A stretch of 20,000 nt of DNA from an uncultured virus (IMG/VR IMGVR_UViG_3300021598_001257). Lineage: Duplodnaviria > Heunggongvirae > Uroviricota > Caudoviricetes. The stretch lies in IMG/VR virus record IMGVR_UViG_3300021598_001257; one strand, given 5' to 3'. The notes beneath the pieces are model-generated. The model was given only the letters and a program-made list of their open reading frames with translations, did no database searches and was not told the origin of the DNA. Made by a program: the position numbers and the translations under genes. Shown here one piece after another: positions 1-7,636 of the stretch (the first letter of the stretch is position 1; each line of letters opens with the position of its first letter).

Positions 1-119
1 TCACCACCAATCTCATTGAGTGATGAACCTGCTTTAGCTTTGGGGCGTCCAAAGTTACCTGTGACGTTGCCAGATGTCCTCAGTTTGGGACGAATCTTTG
101 AGAGGTTAGAGTAAGTCAT
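1..119 (-). CDS. hypothetical phage protein, partial (runs off window start)
   Basis: ATG at 119 overlaps the upstream TGA (ATGA); open frame MTYSNLSKIRPKLRTSGNVTGNFGRPK... to the edge. Confidence 0.7.
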   Translation of the reverse strand, partial: MTYSNLSKIRPKLRTSGNVTGNFGRPKAKAGSSLNEIGG

Positions 120-298
120 TCATCTTCCTCATAAGGGAACATTTCGTCATACTCTTCGTCTGTGAGAGTAAGATACTGAACGTTAGCATTTTTGTGCTCT
201 TCAGCATACACCAACTGATAATGTGCGAAAGAAGAAGGGTCAGAACTAGCAAACTCTAGCAGACCATCAACAAAACAAAGGTAATTCATGTTACTCAT
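116..298 (-). CDS. small acidic hypothetical protein (60 aa)
   Basis: Start at MSNMNYL overlaps the upstream stop (ATGA); acidic C-terminus. Confidence 0.7.
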   Translation of the reverse strand: MSNMNYLCFVDGLLEFASSDPSSFAHYQLVYAEEHKNANVQYLTLTDEEYDEMFPYEEDE

Positions 299-711
299 TT
301 TGCGTACAGATAACCACCAGACCAATCAGCATTTTCCAGCAGATATTCACGATCCTTTATCAATCGCAAATCATAACGAACACCTTTCGCAGGAGATTTC
401 CAGGAGGCAGACTTATACATTTCACCAGTGTTCTTATCAATGAAGCAATGAACAGAGCGAGACATACCACTGGTAATCATAATCACTTTATGATACTTTT
501 TACCAGTTTCAATCTCATACTCAATAGGACAAAATCCACTCTTGAGTTCATCAATACAGCGCAGATGATACTCTACACTTTCACCACGCTCCGCAGAACG
601 CTGATGCCCACGAATAGCGTACTGACGATAATTGTCTTTCAGTGCTTCAATCAGCAGCAGAGTATTCTTAAGGACGCTTTCTGCGATAGTTTGTTGTGCT
701 TGTGCTTGCAT
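295..711 (-). CDS. conserved phage hypothetical early protein
   Basis: Motif VHCFIDKNTGEMYKSASWKSPAKGVRY. The ATG at 726 lies inside the predicted -10 box, so the start is placed at MQAQ (711). Confidence 0.75.
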   Translation of the reverse strand: MQAQAQQTIAESVLKNTLLLIEALKDNYRQYAIRGHQRSAERGESVEYHLRCIDELKSGFCPIEYEIETGKKYHKVIMITSGMSRSVHCFIDKNTGEMYKSASWKSPAKGVRYDLRLIKDREYLLENADWSGGYLYAK

Positions 712-724
712 CGTAGGAGTGCTC

Positions 725-751
725 ATACTATAGGGACAATCTCAAGGGCCC
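725..751 (-). promoter_or_regulatory. GGGCCC-class promoter element, copy 1
   Basis: minus strand GGGCCC TTGAGATTGTCC CTA TAGTAT. Confidence 0.8.
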
Positions 752-753
752 AG

Positions 754-1656
754 TTACCAACTCTTTGCAAGAGTGAAGTTCAACCTGCTAAACTCTTCAC
801 GATTCACAATCTTGTAAGACCCAAACTTGTTGTGCATTACGAATCCTTCGTGATCGCTGAGTTCACCATCAATCTCACAAGTAATGTCAGTGTCAGACTC
901 AATGAAGCAGAACAAATCCATCTTGATAGACTCAACCAACTTCCAAAGCCGCATCAGGTTGATGTCAACATCATAATTTTCTGCAATTTCATGCTCATCC
1001 ACCTCCTTACCCTCACGAACGTAGGAATTGATGATTTTTTTGAGTTCTGCTGCTTGCTTTACATTCACGAACTCACAAAGTGTGCTCATTTGCTTGGCAA
1101 ACTTGCAGAAGTCTTCAATATCATCACGGAAGGGACAAATAGACACACTAGGTTGCACAAACAAGCATTTTTTAGTGCTTGCAAACTTACCCACGATAGG
1201 ATGAGCTACCATCTCAGGCAGACGCTCACCAGTGTAATATGTGTGAGGGGCAATGATAATCTCCTGACGAACAATCTCAGGGAAGCGATAGGTAATTGTA
1301 TTGGGTTTGAATGTATCCAATCCACTACCAAAACCAATCCAATCCCCCTGATACACGTTCTTAGTGCGAGGAAGAAAATCCAGGCAGAAGATAAGAATTT
1401 GCGTTACGCGAGGTTGACCACCAAAGTGCGTAAAGATGTCGTCTTCGGTATAGCAAAGGCGAATCTTTTTCTTGTTAAATGCTGCTTTGGTGCAGACAAA
1501 GAACTTACCATTCTCAGGATTAGTGCCCCAAACAATAGCAGGAGCACCATCCATCTTGGTGCTGATGGTAGAATCTACCTCAGAAAACCAGTCAAGAACA
1601 GATAGATTACCCGTTAGGATTTCGTCTTCAGGATGCTCTAGGTGCTTGTTTTGCAT
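754..1656 (-). CDS. ligase/covalent nucleotidyltransferase-fold protein (DUF6267-like)
   Basis: KHLEHPED N-terminus, motif I KMDG, YQGD, HEGFVM and YKIV, matching the order of ligase motifs I/III/IV/V. Start at MQNKH, downstream of the promoter. Confidence 0.65.
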   Translation of the reverse strand: MQNKHLEHPEDEILTGNLSVLDWFSEVDSTISTKMDGAPAIVWGTNPENGKFFVCTKAAFNKKKIRLCYTEDDIFTHFGGQPRVTQILIFCLDFLPRTKNVYQGDWIGFGSGLDTFKPNTITYRFPEIVRQEIIIAPHTYYTGERLPEMVAHPIVGKFASTKKCLFVQPSVSICPFRDDIEDFCKFAKQMSTLCEFVNVKQAAELKKIINSYVREGKEVDEHEIAENYDVDINLMRLWKLVESIKMDLFCFIESDTDITCEIDGELSDHEGFVMHNKFGSYKIVNREEFSRLNFTLAKSW

Positions 1657-1669
1657 TGGTTGCTTACTC

Positions 1670-1696
1670 ATACTACTAGGACAATCCCAAGGGCCC
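1670..1696 (-). promoter_or_regulatory. GGGCCC-class promoter element, copy 2
   Basis: minus strand GGGCCC TTGGGATTGTCC TAG TAGTAT. Confidence 0.8.
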
Positions 1697-1699
1697 AAT

Positions 1700-1879
1700 T
1701 TAGTCTATTGGTAGTTGTGCCACACTTTTACCCCTCTTATGGTCTGTAATGTATTTTCGCGCAGAAGCTTCTGTTCTACAGACTTTCTCAAGTTGTTGGC
1801 CATTATGAATGATAAGATACTGCTTGCCATAAGGAATAGCAGCATAAGTATCGTTGAACATCGTAAATCCTTCTTTCAT
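1700..1879 (-). CDS. hypothetical protein (59 aa, not in ORF track)
   Basis: MKEGFTMFNDTYAAIPYGKQYLIIHNGQQLEKVCRTEASARKYI...; ATG abuts the dam stop and fills the gap exactly. Confidence 0.75.
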   Translation of the reverse strand: MKEGFTMFNDTYAAIPYGKQYLIIHNGQQLEKVCRTEASARKYITDHKRGKSVAQLPID

Positions 1880-2698
1880 TCAATACACCGCAATGAGTTC
1901 GCTTGCTTTCTTCCTACTGCCACTTTTTGCAGCAATAGTTCTTGTTACTTGAATCGGGTAGATTGTAGCATTTTTGTAGAGTTCTCGTGTGATAGGAACA
2001 TCATGATTAGACACAATCACTTTGATACCCTTCGCTGCAAGAGATTCTGTAAGTTGTGCTAATTGAACCTGCTGGTCGGAGGTGAATCCATCAGTAGCAT
2101 AACTTGTGAAGTTTGCAGTGGCTGATGCAGGAACATATGGTGGGTCGAAGTAGACAACATCACCTGCTTCCAAGTCTTCATAGAGAGATGAATCTTCAAA
2201 AGAAAGTGATGTGAATCTCACAAGTTGTTTGGATAAGAAATACATCCTGAAGTTCATCATTTCCTCCGATGGACAAGATGGTTTGTCATACTTACCAAAG
2301 GGGACATTAAATCCACCTTTACTATTATATCTTGACAAACCATTAAAGCAGTGACGATTCAAGTAAATGAACAGTCGTGCTCTCTCTACAGTATCTGTTG
2401 CTTGATTAAAATGCTCTCGCAACTCTAGATATGCTTCTTTGGTGTTATTCTCTGAAGTGAATAGTTCCTCACAATACTTGATGAAGTTATCATCATTTGG
2501 ATTCACCAGATTCTGATAGATTGCTACCAAATCTTTATTCACATCGTTGAGAATGTATTGTTCTGCTGGTGTATTTAAAGCAACAGCAAGACTACCACCA
2601 AATGGTTCACAATAACGCTTTGGACTTCCGATGTGAGGAATAAGATGTGGCAGAACTCTCGTTTTGTTTCCTGCCCATTTCAGAAAAGTTTTGTTCAT
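1880..2698 (-). CDS. dam: Dam-family (D12 class) DNA adenine methyltransferase
   Basis: LKWAGNK, EPFGGS SAM-binding motif, FNGLSRYNSKGGFNVPFGKY recognition hairpin, DPPY catalytic motif, RTIA C-terminal motif. Confidence 0.92.
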   Translation of the reverse strand: MNKTFLKWAGNKTRVLPHLIPHIGSPKRYCEPFGGSLAVALNTPAEQYILNDVNKDLVAIYQNLVNPNDDNFIKYCEELFTSENNTKEAYLELREHFNQATDTVERARLFIYLNRHCFNGLSRYNSKGGFNVPFGKYDKPSCPSEEMMNFRMYFLSKQLVRFTSLSFEDSSLYEDLEAGDVVYFDPPYVPASATANFTSYATDGFTSDQQVQLAQLTESLAAKGIKVIVSNHDVPITRELYKNATIYPIQVTRTIAAKSGSRKKASELIAVY

Positions 2699-2704
2699 TT
2701 AACC

Positions 2705-3235
2705 TCAGACAAGAAATTTCTTTTCATACTCCAACAAATCTGATGGAGCTGGAATAATGTTGTCATCATATTCTACAGCATTTTCCCATCTTGCACCACT
2801 CTTTCGATACAACTTGATGTCAAGATGCTGGTACTTGAGATTAGTTGGAACGTGTACTTTATAGTCGATACCATTATTCTCTGTGAGCATACTCAACCGC
2901 TTGTTCTCATCCTTTGTGACTGTGATTGTGGAGCAAGATAACCAAAACAGGTTCTCAAATATATCATAATCTGTCAGGTATTTGTCTGGGTTATCCATAA
3001 TCATTCGACCAATGAATTGTGGTGACAAACAGTGGTCATAAGTTCGCTCTTTTCGATTATTCTTCGCTCCTTCACTTATCAATCCAAGATGATTTACCTG
3101 AGCACAATCAAACACACCAATGTAGTAAATGCGTGTGATGGGTCGGAAGAAATCAGGTTCACCCCAGTTGTCTACATTTGCCTGCAATGAGTTGAATGTT
3201 GTTTTGCAGTAGGCTTTCCAGTTCTTCGGGTTCAT
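2705..3235 (-). CDS. putative HNH/His-Me finger nuclease
   Basis: TYDHCLSP ... TITVTKDENKRLS fits the DHxxP...N beta-beta-alpha-Me core. Confidence 0.5.
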   Translation of the reverse strand: MNPKNWKAYCKTTFNSLQANVDNWGEPDFFRPITRIYYIGVFDCAQVNHLGLISEGAKNNRKERTYDHCLSPQFIGRMIMDNPDKYLTDYDIFENLFWLSCSTITVTKDENKRLSMLTENNGIDYKVHVPTNLKYQHLDIKLYRKSGARWENAVEYDDNIIPAPSDLLEYEKKFLV

Positions 3236-3299
3236 TTTGAGAAAAATCGGTGATTTTGTTGCGGTTGATGGGTTCTAGGTCGGTTGCAGTGAAATTGCA

Positions 3300-3324
3300 G
3301 AAAAATCAGGTTTTTACACCTGAT
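3300..3324 (-). terminator. possible intrinsic terminator/attenuator between helicase and nuclease
   Basis: minus strand ATCAGGT-GTAAAA-ACCTGAT followed by TTTT. Confidence 0.45.
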
Positions 3325-3348
3325 GGCCACTTGAGTCTTGAGTGAGAC

Positions 3349-4596
3349 TCACCGCCTCACCACCGACACGGCAGGTTCACCTTTTTCAAAGATGGTATCA
3401 ACAACCGACTGCACAGCTTTGGCAGTGCTGATACCAACCTTGCTGTAGACAGGAATACACACAAGACCAAAGCTCTTGGTGTATTGCGACAGGTTGCCAG
3501 GTTGGATGCTACCATCACGGAGACCTTTTGCATCGTCATGATGTAGACGGATGCAGCGACCAATAGTTTGGCTGATACCGATAAAGTCCATGTTGCGAAG
3601 GAACAGAACTGCCTCAAGTCCAGAGACATTGATGCCTTCAGCTAGGATGCTATGGTGCAGAACAACAAACTTCTTATCGTTATCCTTACCCCATGCGCTC
3701 AGAGTGTCAAAGAACACCTCACGATTGACCTTCTTGCCGTCAATAACTGCGCCAGTCTTAGCAGTAATATACATCCAGGAATAACCGCGACACTCCAACT
3801 GGAAGCAGAAATCAGTTTCAGTCACCAGAGACACGATTTGCTTGGTTGCCTTAGCACAAATCAGAATCTTACCAACCTTGTTCTCATCAATCGTTTCCAG
3901 CAGATTCTCCGAATCGCGGTCGAAGTTGGTCTGCTTGCCAGTCACCATAGCCAGTTGCTTGACAATAACTTTGGGAGGCACAATGTAACCACCTTCAACC
4001 AACTCAGGAGCAGGAACTTTGCAGATTACCTGACCATAAACAGCAGCATCATTCATGCCAGGTTTGCCAACTGCCAGAGAATGTTTGGGAGTTGCAGTGA
4101 AGAAGTAGCAACGACGTGCATTAGCAGCAAAGTGCTCAGTTGCAGGAAAGAAGTGACGCTGAACAGAATTATGTGCCTCATCAAAGTAGATCGTATCCAC
4201 ATCAATTCCTGCCACTTGAAGACGCGACAGAGAGTTGTAGGTAGTGAAGATCAGTTGGTGACGATTAGCAGCAGCACACATACCAGCATGAACAAGAATG
4301 TCAGCAGGTTTGGTAGTGCTAACGTGATGAGTCTCGCCACTGTGAACGTGAAGAACTTCAGCGTTGGTGATAAACTCCAGAAACTCAGCAGAGAGTTGCT
4401 CAGCAAGCAAGATGCGGGGAGCAACAACAACAATGGTCTGGGGAGTTTCAGACTGCAACTCACGCAGACAATCGTAAATCATTTTGAGAGTCTTACCACC
4501 GCCAGTAGGAACAATGATTTGCCCTTTGTCGTGCTTCTGCATAGCAGCAACACCACGTTCTTGATGAGGGCGAAGATTGATCAGATGAGGAATCAT
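3349..4596 (-). CDS. SF2 DEAH-box helicase/ATPase (ResIII / Type ISP-like)
   Basis: Q motif LRPHQ, Walker A PTGGGKT, VAPRILL, DEAH, TAT, LAEGINV, QTIGRCIR. Confidence 0.9.
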   Translation of the reverse strand: MIPHLINLRPHQERGVAAMQKHDKGQIIVPTGGGKTLKMIYDCLRELQSETPQTIVVVAPRILLAEQLSAEFLEFITNAEVLHVHSGETHHVSTTKPADILVHAGMCAAANRHQLIFTTYNSLSRLQVAGIDVDTIYFDEAHNSVQRHFFPATEHFAANARRCYFFTATPKHSLAVGKPGMNDAAVYGQVICKVPAPELVEGGYIVPPKVIVKQLAMVTGKQTNFDRDSENLLETIDENKVGKILICAKATKQIVSLVTETDFCFQLECRGYSWMYITAKTGAVIDGKKVNREVFFDTLSAWGKDNDKKFVVLHHSILAEGINVSGLEAVLFLRNMDFIGISQTIGRCIRLHHDDAKGLRDGSIQPGNLSQYTKSFGLVCIPVYSKVGISTAKAVQSVVDTIFEKGEPAVSVVRR

Positions 4597-4637
4597 TACG
4601 AATTACAGAGTTTCGGGTGGTTTGGTATCTAAAAAGC

Positions 4638-4683
4638 ATTATAGCACCCTTCCTGACGCTTGTGAAGGGTGCTGATGGCAGTT
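4638..4683 (-). promoter_or_regulatory. sigma70-type promoter with stem-loop and upstream AACTG box
   Basis: TTCACA-17-TATAAT with extended TG; perfect 10-bp inverted repeat AGCACCCTTC/GAAGGGTGCT (4643-4652, 4664-4673); AACTG 12 nt upstream of the -35. Confidence 0.8.
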
Positions 4684-4685
4684 AA

Positions 4686-4841
4686 TCAACCACCAAACAT
4701 TTCATCAAACAACCAATCACCAGAACGTTCTTTTTCTTCCCAGACTTTGTTAGCGTTTGCTTCAATCATTGCCCGTTCGATTTGAATATCGAGGGTAGAT
4801 TTGGTGCTGAACCAGTTACCGTTGCGGTCTTGCCAGAGCAT
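4686..4841 (-). CDS. hypothetical protein (51 aa, not in ORF track)
   Basis: MLWQDRNGNWFSTKSTLDIQIERAMIEANANKVWEEKERSGDWLFDEMFGG, directly downstream of promoter copy 3. Confidence 0.7.
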   Translation of the reverse strand: MLWQDRNGNWFSTKSTLDIQIERAMIEANANKVWEEKERSGDWLFDEMFGG

Positions 4842-4864
4842 AGTGTCGTTTGAGTGTTGTCCTT

Positions 4865-4891
4865 ATATTACAAGGACAATCTCAGGGGCCC
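4865..4891 (-). promoter_or_regulatory. GGGCCC-class promoter element, copy 3
   Basis: minus strand GGGCCC CTGAGATTGTCC TTG TAATAT. Confidence 0.8.
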
Positions 4892-4894
4892 GAT

Positions 4895-5521
4895 TCAAGT
4901 ATCAGGACCAGTGTACTTGTGCTTCAATTCACTTTCCTTCTTCTTACCTGTCGCTTTGAGAACCAAATCGCGCAGTTTTTGCTTACCTGCTCTTACCATT
5001 TGTTTCTTTTCTGCTTTGGTATATTTGCCTTTAATCATGTGCTCTTCAGGTTTTCTTGAGCTTGAGAATCTAGAATCTTTGGGTGCTGCCGATGATTTAG
5101 GTGCTGCTTTCTTTCTCAGCAGTTCAGTTGCTTTTGCTTTTAATTCTTTCTCTTTTGGTTTTGCTGCTTCTGGTTTTGCTCCTGCCTTTTTCGCAGCAAT
5201 TCTTGCCTGTGCAGCTTTTCTTCTCTCTTCCTTTGCAGCTGCTAGTTGTGCTTCTCTTGCGGACCCACGTTCTTGCTTTGGTGCTTCAATCGTAGACTCA
5301 CGCTTCTTGCCAATATCTTTGCGTGGTTTCTGAACTACAGGTGCAGTCTTTCCACCACCAACTCTCTTTGTTCTACGAATCTCAGGAGTTGTCTTTCTGC
5401 GAAGTCTTCCAGTTCTTCCACCTTCTCCAGTCTTAATGACTTGAGCACCAGAGCGAAACTCTGCATCATAGGTGTCACCAGTTGCTTCGCAAATAGACAT
5501 AAACTCCTGAAAGGTTTTCAT
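4895..5521 (-). CDS. highly basic late protein, possibly virion-internal
   Basis: MKTFQEFM N-terminus typical of T4-like cyanophage late proteins; K/R/A-rich; late promoter upstream. Confidence 0.7.
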   Translation of the reverse strand: MKTFQEFMSICEATGDTYDAEFRSGAQVIKTGEGGRTGRLRRKTTPEIRRTKRVGGGKTAPVVQKPRKDIGKKRESTIEAPKQERGSAREAQLAAAKEERRKAAQARIAAKKAGAKPEAAKPKEKELKAKATELLRKKAAPKSSAAPKDSRFSSSRKPEEHMIKGKYTKAEKKQMVRAGKQKLRDLVLKATGKKKESELKHKYTGPDT

Positions 5522-5545
5522 TGCTATCTAAACACTACTTTTTAG

Positions 5546-5552
5546 TATTTAG
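5546..5552 (-). promoter_or_regulatory. T4-type late promoter (CTAAATA)
   Basis: variant of TATAAATA, 24 nt upstream of ATG 5521. Confidence 0.65.
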
Positions 5553-5749
5553 AACTCCACTTCCTTTGCTTTATATGAACCTTTGAATACACGTCCTTCT
5601 GCATAGAATTGCTTCACACGTTCGCGGCGAGTAGCAAGAAGCAAATCATATTCTTCTTGTTGTTGCTTAGTGAACGTGAAATCTTGCCGCCTCCAAGTAT
5701 CTTTCAGTTCTTGGATGTGGGGAAGCACGTTAGGGATGTGTTCAGTCAT
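5549..5749 (-). CDS. hypothetical protein (66 aa)
   Basis: ORF track; possible leaderless start 6 nt after TATTAT. Confidence 0.75.
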   Translation of the reverse strand: MTEHIPNVLPHIQELKDTWRRQDFTFTKQQQEEYDLLLATRRERVKQFYAEGRVFKGSYKAKEVEF

Positions 5750-5755
5750 TTGAGT

Positions 5756-5812
5756 ATAATAAAGAATGAAGGGTCAGTATGGGATATTTGGTGGACAGTT
5801 TAAAATCTGTCA
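5756..5812 (-). promoter_or_regulatory. promoter with GACAG-N8-CTGTC dyad / AACTG box
   Basis: minus strand TGACAGATTTTAAACTGTCCAC ... TATTAT; weak -35. Confidence 0.55.
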
Positions 5813-5944
5813 GTAGTCAATGTTAGAGTTAAGATACTCATTCATATTAAAGTTGTTTTTCTCTTCAATCAATTCGGAGAGATCCTCTTCAATAAAATCA
5901 AAATTTTCAAGTTCCTCAATTTGATTGTCGTCGAACCAGTCCAT
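5810..5944 (-). CDS. very acidic small protein (44 aa, not in ORF track)
   Basis: MDWFDDNQIEELENFDFIEEDLSELIEEKNNFNMNEYLNSNIDY, downstream of promoter copy 4. Confidence 0.7.
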   Translation of the reverse strand: MDWFDDNQIEELENFDFIEEDLSELIEEKNNFNMNEYLNSNIDY

Positions 5945-5959
5945 AATGCTTGGGTGATT

Positions 5960-5986
5960 ACACTATAGAGACAATCCCAGGGGCCC
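5960..5986 (-). promoter_or_regulatory. GGGCCC-class promoter element, copy 4
   Basis: minus strand GGGCCC CTGGGATTGTCT CTA TAGTGT. Confidence 0.8.
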
Positions 5987-5994
5987 AATTAAAA

Positions 5995-6375
5995 TCAAAG
6001 AGGAGATAGCATCGTACTTCCAACCATTCTCTTCACAAATCTATCAGTATTACTCTGATGTTTCGGTTTTGGTGCTGTTGGCTTCATTGGAGAAGGACCA
6101 GCTGGAGTTGCTGCAGATTTAAGGTTTTTCTGATGAACAGGATCACTCAACTTAAACACACTATTAGGACTGATTGGATCACCAACAGCCTCTCTTATCT
6201 TTTTTAAAGGCATATTCATGCGTTCTTTATATGAACCCTTATCTATAGTCTTAAATCCAGGATTGAACCTTGGTTGACGATTATCAGGAACACCAGGATC
6301 TTTTCCAAGCGAATAAAATGCCTGGACAAGAGATGGTTTTTGCGTTTGTTCTATAAACTGTTTAAAGGTTTTCAT
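5995..6375 (-). CDS. basic late protein
   Basis: MKTFKQFIE N-terminus; second gene of a late cassette. Confidence 0.7.
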   Translation of the reverse strand: MKTFKQFIEQTQKPSLVQAFYSLGKDPGVPDNRQPRFNPGFKTIDKGSYKERMNMPLKKIREAVGDPISPNSVFKLSDPVHQKNLKSAATPAGPSPMKPTAPKPKHQSNTDRFVKRMVGSTMLSPL

Positions 6376-6382
6376 AGATTAC

Positions 6383-6817
6383 TCATTTTTTAGGGAATGT
6401 TCCAGGAATATCTTTAAATGTTTTTATTTTGTAGTAAGGGTCTTGGTCCTGCTTCTTTCTATACGTATTAAATTCTTTTTCTCTTTGTTGAGCAAGTTCT
6501 CTCCTTCTCAATCCAACTGGACTCGTTCCTTGTGCCATAGCATCTGTTACTCTTGAACGATATGCTCTTCTATCATCCAATCTATCTCTAACAACATCTG
6601 ATGGTGTAGATCCAACCACAGATCTTGGCGACTCAACAATACTATCTCTCCACTCTTCACTCATATTTGCCATAATAGCAATTGCTGCTTCATTTGTGTC
6701 AGCATATCCTTCTGCAACCAGATATTCAAGAATGTGGTCAAACAAATCATTATTTTCTTCAACTTGATGAACTTGGTTATATGCTTCTTGAAGATTTCGA
6801 AGTTCTTGGGAGTCCAT
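6383..6817 (-). CDS. late, probably virion-associated protein
   Basis: MDSQELRNLQEAY and DLFDHILEYLVAEGYADTNEAAIAIMANMSEEWRDSI modules, recurrent in T4-like cyanophage late proteins. Confidence 0.7.
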   Translation of the reverse strand: MDSQELRNLQEAYNQVHQVEENNDLFDHILEYLVAEGYADTNEAAIAIMANMSEEWRDSIVESPRSVVGSTPSDVVRDRLDDRRAYRSRVTDAMAQGTSPVGLRRRELAQQREKEFNTYRKKQDQDPYYKIKTFKDIPGTFPKK

Positions 6818-6838
6818 TGTTACAAATACTTTTTTAGG

Positions 6839-6845
6839 TATTTAG
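6839..6845 (-). promoter_or_regulatory. T4-type late promoter (CTAAATA)
   Basis: 21 nt upstream of ATG 6817; leader resembles the one at 5546. Confidence 0.65.
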
Positions 6846-6847
6846 TA

Positions 6848-7114
6848 TTATTCAAACTCAAGTGGTTTGTTAAGTGGTCTGGGGGGTGGTGTTTGGTAAT
6901 CAGGCAACATAGAACCATCAATCACAACCTGCACTGTTGTTTTATCATTCCAATGCCTCACAGCATTTGCTACAATAAAGCAGTTAGTAATAAAAATAGA
7001 CAGAAACATCACAAGGCGAATAAGTGCTACCTTATCCGCCTCCTTATCACATTTACTTGCCTTTTCTCCTAGTGATTTAGCTAGCAACCGCCAAAAGGTT
7101 TTGCTCTTCTTCAT
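6848..7114 (-). CDS. single-pass membrane protein
   Basis: WRLLAKSLGEKAS...DKVALIR followed by hydrophobic LVMFLSIFITNCFIVANAV; start at MKKSK. Confidence 0.7.
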   Translation of the reverse strand: MKKSKTFWRLLAKSLGEKASKCDKEADKVALIRLVMFLSIFITNCFIVANAVRHWNDKTTVQVVIDGSMLPDYQTPPPRPLNKPLEFE

Positions 7115-7346
7115 AGATTGATGTGCGCGATTGAATGTATTCAAGTTGTTCCCACTGGTTATTATAACAAATCACAAGTAATCTTTCATTTCTGTGAATA
7201 GGGCAGCATACAAGATTGACTTCATCTTTTGGACGAACACTGCGCTCAATCGTGATATATTCATCACACTTGAAGTACACCCAACCTTCTACATCTTTTC
7301 CATTATTCCACACAACATAATCATTGACTTGTGGTTCATAGGTCAT
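7077..7346 (-). CDS. hypothetical protein
   Basis: ORF track; ATGA coupling. Confidence 0.75.
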   Translation of the reverse strand: MTYEPQVNDYVVWNNGKDVEGWVYFKCDEYITIERSVRPKDEVNLVCCPIHRNERLLVICYNNQWEQLEYIQSRTSIYEEEQNLLAVAS

Positions 7347-7636
7347 ACAAAGAACGCATCTAGTGGAGATTGTTTAATTGGCATCGCGGTATAGTTTCGC
7401 GTTTCCTTGATATTTACACAAGCACCGATGGTTTTACTATTGATGGGGGCGAAGTATTCTCTGGTCTTGGTGTTGTAGAAGGAGTGAATAGTCCTAGTTG
7501 GAACACCGCCATTATAGACAAACTTGTAAGTGTTGCATAACCAAATACTAACCACATTTCGCTTGAAGTCTTCACACTCATAATAGTATCCGTTTGGTGG
7601 AGAATGAAAGAAAGATGTTGGAAGTTCAACAATCAT
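7343..7636 (-). CDS. hypothetical protein
   Basis: ORF track, start trimmed to MIVELP. Confidence 0.7.
   Translation of the reverse strand: MIVELPTSFFHSPPNGYYYECEDFKRNVVSIWLCNTYKFVYNGGVPTRTIHSFYNTKTREYFAPINSKTIGACVNIKETRNYTAMPIKQSPLDAFFV

Noticed and set aside
448..1605. 385-aa plus-strand ORF
   Set aside because: Antisense shadow of motif-bearing minus-strand genes; no recognisable motifs; all credible genes and promoters are on the minus strand
1657..1698. N-terminal extension MGPWDCPSS of the ligase-like ORF (and ATG starts at 726 and 1671)
   Set aside because: Runs through or lies within the promoter element, so it is probably not transcribed
3652..4632. 326-aa plus-strand ORF
   Set aside because: Antisense shadow of the helicase, explained by codon bias
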